A DNA stretch of 64,000 nucleotides from the NCBI GenBank assembly GCA_964583105.1, contig CAZOUV010000001.1:1617-65616 (forward strand), given 5' to 3'. The position numbers and the translations under genes are program-made. The notes under the pieces are model-generated. The model was given only the letters and a program-made list of their open reading frames with translations. It did no database searches and was not told the origin of the DNA. Below are positions 57,046 to 64,000 of this stretch, piece after piece (position 1 is the stretch's first letter; every line of letters starts with the position of its first letter). Source of the stretch: an uncultured Gammaproteobacteria bacterium (GTDB lineage Bacteria; Patescibacteriota; Microgenomatia; UBA8517).

Positions 57046-58553
57046 ATTGGCTAAAGAAAAATAAAACGGAGTTCTCCCTTTTGATAATTATAGTTTTATT
57101 GGGGGGATTTCTGCGTCTTTACAGAATCGGCGAATATATGACATTTTTGGGTGATGAAGGAAGAGACGCAATTGTGGTAAGCAGGCTTTTAAAATACTTC
57201 GACATAATTTTGGTAGGTCCCGGAACTTCAATTGGAAATATGTACCTTGGACCCCTTTACTATTACATGATGGCTCTTCCCCTTTTTCTTGCAAATTTTT
57301 CTCCAGTGGGCCCTGCCGTAATGGTTGCCTTTTTAGGTCTTGCAACGGTTGCACTTATCTGGTGGGTTGGTAGAGAATGGTTCGGAAAAATTGCAGCAAT
57401 TACTGCCGCCCTTTTATATGCAATATCCCCAACCGTAATAATATATTCGCGATCTTCATGGAATCCTAACATAATGCCTTTTTTTGCACTCCTTTCGATT
57501 TATTCTATCTGGAAGGTTTGGAAGGATGAAAAATTCAACTGGCTTATTGTTTTGGGAATTTCTTTTGCTTTTGTTCTTCAATCCCACTATTTGGGCTTAA
57601 TTCTTATTCCGGTACTTATTTTGTTTTGGATTTTGGAGTATCTGAAAATTAAAAATAACAAGCTTCATTTAAAAAAATATTTGACAAAAACATTTTTAGG
57701 TTTTTTGCTGTTTTTTCTTTTGATGAGTCCTTTGCTTATTTTTGATGCGCGTCACGCGTGGAGAAACTTTTCCGCAATGCAAAGTTTTTTTACTTCCAAT
57801 CAGTCCGACCTTTCCATATCTCCCTTAAGTGCGGTTTTTAAAATAGGTCCGATATTTGAAAATGCCACAACAAGACTTCTTTCCGCGAGAAACGAAGCCG
57901 TCGGAAGTATTTTATTTTTATTATTAACATGTTTTGTTATTTGGATAATTGCAAAATGGAAAAAGCTTGATTTAAAAATCCGCCTTCCTTTTATGATGCT
58001 TTTTATCTGGCTGGGTTTTTCCTTTTTGGGTTTGGGGTTTTATAAAAAAGAGATATACGATCACTATCTTGGATTTTTGTTTCCGGCACCTTTTCTTTTA
58101 GCTGCAGCAATGTTGCAGCTTTTGATTAACAATAAAAAAGGTAAAGCTGTAGCTTTTTTAATGTTTTCTTTCTTGGTAATTTTTAATTTATTAAATACTC
58201 CAATTCGTCATTCTCCGAATTTTCAGATGCAAAGAAGTATGCATATTGCAGAGTTTATTAAAGAAAAAAGTGCAGGTGAAAGGTTTAATATTGCTACAAT
58301 TTCCGAAACCGGAAACCGCGACGTTTATCAGTACTTTCTCGAGTTATGGGGAGCAGAAGTGGTCGATACGGATCCTAGTGCTGTTAACTTTACTGTTACG
58401 GATCAGCTATTTGTTGTTTGCGAAATGCCAAAGGAAAAGTGCGATCCGACACATAACCCTTCGGCATGGATTACCGGTTTTGGCTGGACTAAAATAGTAG
58501 ATGAGTGGGAAGTTTGGGGAACAAATGTTTATAAACTGGGTCATGCCAATTGA
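57030..58553 (+). CDS. GT-C membrane glycosyltransferase, ArnT/PMT (GT39/GT83)-like, paralog 1
   Basis: About 11 TM. First-loop acidic motif FLGDEGRDA. C-terminal soluble domain. Confidence 0.65.
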   Translation: MEKIVNWLKKNKTEFSLLIIIVLLGGFLRLYRIGEYMTFLGDEGRDAIVVSRLLKYFDIILVGPGTSIGNMYLGPLYYYMMALPLFLANFSPVGPAVMVAFLGLATVALIWWVGREWFGKIAAITAALLYAISPTVIIYSRSSWNPNIMPFFALLSIYSIWKVWKDEKFNWLIVLGISFAFVLQSHYLGLILIPVLILFWILEYLKIKNNKLHLKKYLTKTFLGFLLFFLLMSPLLIFDARHAWRNFSAMQSFFTSNQSDLSISPLSAVFKIGPIFENATTRLLSARNEAVGSILFLLLTCFVIWIIAKWKKLDLKIRLPFMMLFIWLGFSFLGLGFYKKEIYDHYLGFLFPAPFLLAAAMLQLLINNKKGKAVAFLMFSFLVIFNLLNTPIRHSPNFQMQRSMHIAEFIKEKSAGERFNIATISETGNRDVYQYFLELWGAEVVDTDPSAVNFTVTDQLFVVCEMPKEKCDPTHNPSAWITGFGWTKIVDEWEVWGTNVYKLGHAN

Positions 58554-59551
58554 ATATGAATTATCAAGAATCACTGAAACTACTTGAGCTGATTAAAAAA
58601 TCAAAAAGGATTTTGATTAATTGCCATTACAAGTCAGATCCCGATGGAGTGGGGAGTGCATTGGCAATTTACCTTGCTTTAAAAAAGATCGGGGATTTTG
58701 AAATTTCACTTATTTCTCCAAGTGTTGCCCCCAAAAATTTAAATTATCTTAATGGCTTTTCGGATATAAAAAAAGTTGATTACAAAAGTTTTGATTTCTC
58801 AAAATATGACCTTTGGATTATTCCGGATGCAGCCAACTTCTGGCAGATTTCGGGAATACAAGATTTTAAGAGGCCGGAAATATCCATGATTAATTTTGAT
58901 CATCATGAGACTAATGAAGTAGATATTCAAAATAAAATTATCGAAAAAGGGCTTAGTTCAGTTTGCGAACTTTTATATAAGGTTTTTGAAGATTGGCAGA
59001 TTGATTTTGATAAAAGCATTGCCGAAGCTCTTCTTTCCGGAATCATCGGAGATACCGGAGTTTTCAGGTTTACCAATGTAACCACAAGGACTTTGGATAT
59101 TGCAAGAAAATTGATGGATTTGGGAGCTGATAAAAACATGATTGTTTCGAAAACCTACGGATCGATACCTTTTGACGAAATGAAGTTTTGGGGCAAAGTA
59201 ATAGAGTCAATGAAAAAGGAAGATGAATTTAATTTTGTCTGGGTTGCAATTAATTTGGAAGAGTACGAGAAGTATGGCAGACCTACCGATGCCAAAAGCT
59301 CTGCGGCATCGAATTTTGCAGGAATTGTAGATGAGACCGATTTTGGAATAATTATGGTTGAGGAAAAGAAGGATTTTGTAACCTGCAGTTTCAGATCACG
59401 TGGGGACTTTGATATTTCCCCGATTGCTCAGGAATTGGGAGGTGGAGGACATAAAGAAGCAGCAGGAGCAAGAATAGTTGGACTTTCCTTTGAGAATGCC
59501 GTAGAAAAAGTTTTGGATGTTGCCAAAAAACATGCTAAAAAAACTTCTTAA
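58550..59551 (+). CDS. DHH/DHHA1 phosphoesterase (NrnA-like)
   Basis: DHH motif (INFDHHETN) and DHHA1 GGGGHKEAAGA. Confidence 0.8.
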   Translation: MNMNYQESLKLLELIKKSKRILINCHYKSDPDGVGSALAIYLALKKIGDFEISLISPSVAPKNLNYLNGFSDIKKVDYKSFDFSKYDLWIIPDAANFWQISGIQDFKRPEISMINFDHHETNEVDIQNKIIEKGLSSVCELLYKVFEDWQIDFDKSIAEALLSGIIGDTGVFRFTNVTTRTLDIARKLMDLGADKNMIVSKTYGSIPFDEMKFWGKVIESMKKEDEFNFVWVAINLEEYEKYGRPTDAKSSAASNFAGIVDETDFGIIMVEEKKDFVTCSFRSRGDFDISPIAQELGGGGHKEAAGARIVGLSFENAVEKVLDVAKKHAKKTS

Positions 59552-61040
59552 GGAAATTTCGGATCATAAACTGACATATCTTTCCCTTTTTATCATTCTT
59601 GGCTTGGGACTTTTTTTAAGAGTTTATAATATTGAAAGATTATTGGGTTTTCATTTCGATCAAGGAAGAGACGCATTAATCATCTGGGATCTTTGGCATT
59701 CGGGAGATGTTCCGTTTATAGGACCCACTACAGGAATTGCCGGAATTTTCAGAGGACCTTTTTATTATTATCTGATCGCACCTTTTTATTTACTGGGTAG
59801 AGGAAATCCTGTTTGGCCGTCTGTCTTTCTTTCTCTGACAACCGTTATTGCGTCTTTGTTGATGTATTATTTGGGCTATAAAATTCAAAATAGGATTACC
59901 GGATTAATTGCCGCTCTTTTATCTTCTCTATCCTTTAACATAGTTGCCGCTTCACGCTGGCTTTCAAATCCTACACCAATGCTTTTTTTAAGTGTTCTAT
60001 TTGTCTGGATGCTGATTTTGATTGTTGAGAAAAAAGTTTGGGCATGGATTCCCGCAATTTTCATTGCCTCAATTTCATTGTTTCATTTCGGTTCAGCGGG
60101 GGAAGTGTTTTATTTTCCTGCACTTTTAATAATATTATTTTGGCAGAGAAAAAAATTACCAAACAAAAAAATTATAATATTATCCATATTATCGTTTTTA
60201 ATCAGTGTTTTGCCGCTAATTGCATTCGACATCAAAAATAAAGGAATTCTCTCAGGAAATATAGGTAAGTTTTTGATCACAGATAAAAGTTTTTCACTTC
60301 CTTCTTGGGCAATGGTTTTTGAAAAAATATACTTTTACTACAATACTTTTACCAACAAGATATTTAACGCAAGGTATTACTTGGAAAAAACAGTATTAAG
60401 TACCGTCCTGATTTTATTTGTTTATCATTTTAAGAATCTTTTTAAGAAAAACGGCGTAAAGGTTTTGGCTATTCTTTTATCGTCGGTTTGTCTGGGATTG
60501 ATATTTTTTCAGGGCAATTTTGGAAATATCTATGACTATTATTTGACAGGATACTATCTTCCCTTTCTCCTTCTTTTTTCTATAGTTTTGGGGTATCTTG
60601 TAAGGTTTAAATTGGGAACTATCTTTGTTGTATATTTTATTTATTTATTTATGACCAATAATTTCGATGTTTTGCATTTTAAATACTGGGACAAATCCCA
60701 AGGACCGAATAGTATCGGATTTATCAATCAAAAAGAAGTTGTCAGGTGGATATATCAAGACGCCGGAGAGAACATCTTTAATGTAGATGTTTATGTTCCT
60801 CCCGTAATTTCCTACTCCTATGATTATTTGCTGAAATGGTTGCCAACAACGGACGAATACAAAAGCTATGATGGTAAAAAGGTTGATGAAAACGTTTCCC
60901 TTCTATATACGCTTTACGAATCCGATTCCGATCATCAGGAAAGACTGGATAGCTGGCTTTTAAGACAGAAAAAAATAGGAAAGGTTATTGACGAATTTAA
61001 ATCCGGTTCGATTACCGTCCAAAGAAGATTGAGGTTATGA
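59517..61040 (+). CDS. GT-C membrane glycosyltransferase, ArnT/PMT-like, paralog 2
   Basis: Same topology as paralog 1. Motif FHFDQGRDA. Confidence 0.65.
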   Translation: MLPKNMLKKLLKEISDHKLTYLSLFIILGLGLFLRVYNIERLLGFHFDQGRDALIIWDLWHSGDVPFIGPTTGIAGIFRGPFYYYLIAPFYLLGRGNPVWPSVFLSLTTVIASLLMYYLGYKIQNRITGLIAALLSSLSFNIVAASRWLSNPTPMLFLSVLFVWMLILIVEKKVWAWIPAIFIASISLFHFGSAGEVFYFPALLIILFWQRKKLPNKKIIILSILSFLISVLPLIAFDIKNKGILSGNIGKFLITDKSFSLPSWAMVFEKIYFYYNTFTNKIFNARYYLEKTVLSTVLILFVYHFKNLFKKNGVKVLAILLSSVCLGLIFFQGNFGNIYDYYLTGYYLPFLLLFSIVLGYLVRFKLGTIFVVYFIYLFMTNNFDVLHFKYWDKSQGPNSIGFINQKEVVRWIYQDAGENIFNVDVYVPPVISYSYDYLLKWLPTTDEYKSYDGKKVDENVSLLYTLYESDSDHQERLDSWLLRQKKIGKVIDEFKSGSITVQRRLRL

Positions 61041-62521
61041 AAAATAGATTAAAAAATTTTATTAAAAATAACTGGATTTTAATTTTAATTTTATTAATAG
61101 GTCTTGCTTTCAGAATTTATAAACCCCTTCAGCTTTATATGTACGGACACGATCAGGATTTGGCAGGATGGATAGTAAAAGATATCTTGATAAACAAGCA
61201 TTTAAGGCTTATAGGACAGGAAACATCTTCTCAGGGGGTATTTATAGGACCACTTTTTTATTATTTGCAGATACCTTTTTATCTTTTAACCAGAATGGAT
61301 TCTTGGGGAACATTAATTTTAGTTACTCTGCTGGGTTTATTTTCTATATTTTCTTTTTATTTTTGTTTTTCAAAGATCTTTGGGAGAAAAGCAGGTTTGA
61401 TATCCGCTTTTCTCTATGCAATCGGAGTCTATTTTATTTTTACGGATAGGGAAGTCGTTCCCACCATGCCGGTCCACCTTTGGGCCGTCTGGTTTTTTTA
61501 CGGACTTCACCTTCTTTTAAAAGGGAAAAGCGGGGCATATATTCTTTTGGGAATTCTTCTTGGACTTGCTTGGAATATTAATTTGGCCCTGGTTATTCTT
61601 ACTCCACTGATTTTGCTGGCACAGTATCTTTCCAAGAAAAACTTGAATTTTAAACATATAGCTATCGGAATAATTTTATTTGTAGTTACTTTTTCCCCTT
61701 TTTTGGTTTTTGAGTTAAGGCATTCATTCAGACAGACAAGAGCTATTGTAACGTCTCTTACGACAAGTAAAGATTATGTTCAGGGAACAAGCAGGGGAAT
61801 ACATAAATTAAACCGCGTATATCAAATTGTAAAGAAAAATACTTCCGCAGTTATCTGGGGAAGATTTAGTAAAATAGGTTATTCATTGACACTATTTATT
61901 CTTCTCGGAATTTACATTTTCCTTCTAAAGAAAAAGATAATCCAAAAAAACATGGGAATAATAATGACTGCTTGGCTACTTATCTATGTAATCTTTTTTA
62001 CATTAAATTCGATTAACATTTCCGAGTATTACCTTAACGGAATGAATGTTGTCTGGATCGCAATTCTTTCCTTGTTTATCAATTATCTTTTAAATAAAAA
62101 ATATTGGGGATATTTGGTAATTTTTATAATTGCAGTATCAAACTTGAGAGAGTTTGTTTTAAGGCCTATTAATAGAAGCGGATATTTGGAAAGAAAGGCA
62201 ATTGTTGAATATATCGATTCGGATGCAAAACTACATAACTATCCCTGCATTTCTGTCTCATACATAACCTCTCCAGGAAATAATTTGGGATACAGATGTT
62301 TTTTCTGGCTTAATAAAATGCATGTTAATCAGCCGAAATCGGGAAGCCCTGTTTATTCAATAGTTTTTCCTCATAGCATGGTAGATAGAATAGATAAGGA
62401 CTTTGGAGCTTTGGGTTTGATTTTGCCGGATTACAAAAAGTATACTGAAAGTCAGGTTAAAGATAGCTGTCAGGGAGCAAATTCGAATTTAGTTGATCCT
62501 ATGGGCGGCTATACAAAGTAA
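61037..62521 (+). CDS. GT-C membrane glycosyltransferase, ArnT/PMT-like, paralog 3
   Basis: Same topology. Motif YGHDQDLAG. Overlaps the previous stop. Confidence 0.6.
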   Translation: MKNRLKNFIKNNWILILILLIGLAFRIYKPLQLYMYGHDQDLAGWIVKDILINKHLRLIGQETSSQGVFIGPLFYYLQIPFYLLTRMDSWGTLILVTLLGLFSIFSFYFCFSKIFGRKAGLISAFLYAIGVYFIFTDREVVPTMPVHLWAVWFFYGLHLLLKGKSGAYILLGILLGLAWNINLALVILTPLILLAQYLSKKNLNFKHIAIGIILFVVTFSPFLVFELRHSFRQTRAIVTSLTTSKDYVQGTSRGIHKLNRVYQIVKKNTSAVIWGRFSKIGYSLTLFILLGIYIFLLKKKIIQKNMGIIMTAWLLIYVIFFTLNSINISEYYLNGMNVVWIAILSLFINYLLNKKYWGYLVIFIIAVSNLREFVLRPINRSGYLERKAIVEYIDSDAKLHNYPCISVSYITSPGNNLGYRCFFWLNKMHVNQPKSGSPVYSIVFPHSMVDRIDKDFGALGLILPDYKKYTESQVKDSCQGANSNLVDPMGGYTK

Positions 62522-62522
62522 T

Positions 62523-63266
62523 ATGCAAAAATTATCAATTGTAATTCCTGCCTACAATGAAGAAAGAACCATTAAAAACGGTTCCCTACAGGATGTTTGG
62601 AATTATCTAAATAAACAAAACTACAATTGGGAAATAATTGTTGTGGATGATGCATCCACCGATAGAACCCTATCTCTTTCTAAAGATTTTGCTAAAAGTC
62701 ACAAGGGTATTACTGTTCTTCCGGAACCACATAGAGGAAAAGGGGGAACGGTTATTGCGGGAATGCTAAAGGCTTCGGGAGATATCGTGATTTTTGCGGA
62801 TATGGATCAGGCAACCCCGATTAATCAGGTAGAAAAGTTACTGCCCAAATTTAACCAGGGCTTTGATATTGTCATAGGATCAAGGTCGGGAAGAGAAGGA
62901 GCACCTTTAATAAGAAAGGCCATGGCTTATGGTTTTTCCCTTCTTAGAACAATAGTTCTTAGGCTTCCGTATAGAGATACACAGTGCGGATTCAAAGCAT
63001 TTAAAAAAGATGCCGCAAGAAGTATTTTTGACAAGATGAGGGTTGTTAATGAAAAAATCCTGGAGGGAGGAGCTTCTGTTTCGGCGGGATTTGATTTGGA
63101 GGTTTTATATATTGCAAGAAAATTGGGATATAAAGTTGCGGAAGTAGAAGTTGAGTGGCACCACAAGCAAACTGAAAGAATAAACCCCATCAAAGATTCC
63201 TATGAAGGTTTAAGAGATCTTTTAAAAGTAAGGTTTAACGCTTTATTTGGAAAGTACGGTGTATAA
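62523..63266 (+). CDS. GT2 glycosyltransferase (Dpm1-like polyprenyl-phosphate sugar synthase)
   Basis: LSIVIPAYNEERTI, VVDDASTDRT, FADMDQATP. ATG 62523 is preferred. Confidence 0.8.
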   Translation: MQKLSIVIPAYNEERTIKNGSLQDVWNYLNKQNYNWEIIVVDDASTDRTLSLSKDFAKSHKGITVLPEPHRGKGGTVIAGMLKASGDIVIFADMDQATPINQVEKLLPKFNQGFDIVIGSRSGREGAPLIRKAMAYGFSLLRTIVLRLPYRDTQCGFKAFKKDAARSIFDKMRVVNEKILEGGASVSAGFDLEVLYIARKLGYKVAEVEVEWHHKQTERINPIKDSYEGLRDLLKVRFNALFGKYGV

Positions 63267-63273
63267 TTAGCTT

Positions 63274-63579
63274 GTGAATATTAAAAAAGCGGGACTAATT
63301 CAAGCGTTGGGAGTGACAATATACTGTTCTTTAGTAGGTCTTCTTTTTTGGCAGGGAAACCGACTTTTTCCCAAGGTTAATCAATATTTTGCTCCGGTTA
63401 TGATGCTTCTTCTTTTAAGCTTCTCGGTTCTTATTTGCGGACTTATCGTATTTTATAAACCCTACAGACTATTTTTTGATGGAAAGAAAAAAGACGCAAT
63501 AAACTTGGTTCTTAATACATCAATTTTTTTGTTTGTTTTTCTATTTGTTTTCTTTCTTCTAATGATTGTTTTTAAGTAG
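63274..63579 (+). CDS. small membrane protein (3 TM), hypothetical
   Basis: ORF only. GtrA-like size. Confidence 0.35.
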   Translation: MNIKKAGLIQALGVTIYCSLVGLLFWQGNRLFPKVNQYFAPVMMLLLLSFSVLICGLIVFYKPYRLFFDGKKKDAINLVLNTSIFLFVFLFVFFLLMIVFK

Positions 63580-63638
63580 GAGTTTGTAAATTATACAGAC
63601 AAGATCCTTATAGTTCTTTGTGTTAGAATCGTGGTATT

Positions 63639-64000
63639 GTGAATAGAGAAATTCTTTTTGCTACAACAAATCCACACAAGAAGGAACGATTTCAAGCATA
63701 TTTTAATACATTAGGACTTACTGTTATCAGTTTTTCAGATATTCAAAACAATGTGGAGATAATGGAAGACGGTAGGACTCCGGAAGAAAATGCTCTTATA
63801 AAAGCTAAGGCTGGTTATAGATTGACAAAGATGCCAACCTTTGGTGTTGACTATTGGCTTTATATAGAAGGATTCCCCAAAGAAATTCAACCCGGGCCAT
63901 ATGTGAGAAGAATTTTTGTTGATGGAAATAAAAAAAGAGTGGAAGCAAGCGATGGTGAAATGCTTAAATATTATATTGAAAAAATTGAGGCCTTAGGGGG
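63639..64000 (+). CDS. non-canonical purine NTP pyrophosphatase (RdgB/Ham1 family), partial; it runs off the window end
   Basis: GTG start. ILFATTNPHKKERF matches the Ham1 (L)ATxNxxK motif. Confidence 0.55.
   Translation, partial: MNREILFATTNPHKKERFQAYFNTLGLTVISFSDIQNNVEIMEDGRTPEENALIKAKAGYRLTKMPTFGVDYWLYIEGFPKEIQPGPYVRRIFVDGNKKRVEASDGEMLKYYIEKIEALG

Overview
This is a low-GC, gene-dense bacterial chromosome segment. Gene content and style (class I LysRS, a sortase, no outer-membrane components, many small unknown ORFs, a large polyprenyl-phosphate glycosylation locus) fit a Gram-positive-like, reduced-genome lineage, possibly CPR/Patescibacteria-like. Most of the window holds housekeeping genes: lon, secA, serS, class I lysS, greA, prfB, tgt, trmD, rarA, ftsEX, galE, galU, rmlABCD, one tRNA, and MacAB-like and MsbA-like ABC systems. 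The stand-out is a ~9 kb accessory array (about 2.05-10.9 kb). About ten same-orientation copies of a ~40-60 bp non-palindromic direct repeat sit between the successive coding units of the array, each starting immediately (0-25 bp) after an in-array stop codon (convergent pairs share one repeat). The repeats partition a dozen small, unrelated, mixed-orientation genes into 0.4-1.7 kb cassette-like units. The array ends in a tRNA 3'-end-like fragment. It looks like an integron-like or CALIN-like cassette array, but the repeat lacks the dyad symmetry of canonical attC and no integrase is visible. Other noteworthy loci are: a two-gene insertion after secA with a caspase/CHAT-like His...Cys dyad and a G8 tract; an FtsEX + PcsB-like (coiled-coil + cysteine peptidase) module; a sortase with PT-rich substrates carrying non-LPXTG sorting signals; and three tandem pairs of Dpm1-like GT2 synthase + ArnT/PMT-like GT-C transferase. 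All calls are from reading the translated ORFs and the sequence; no searches were run.
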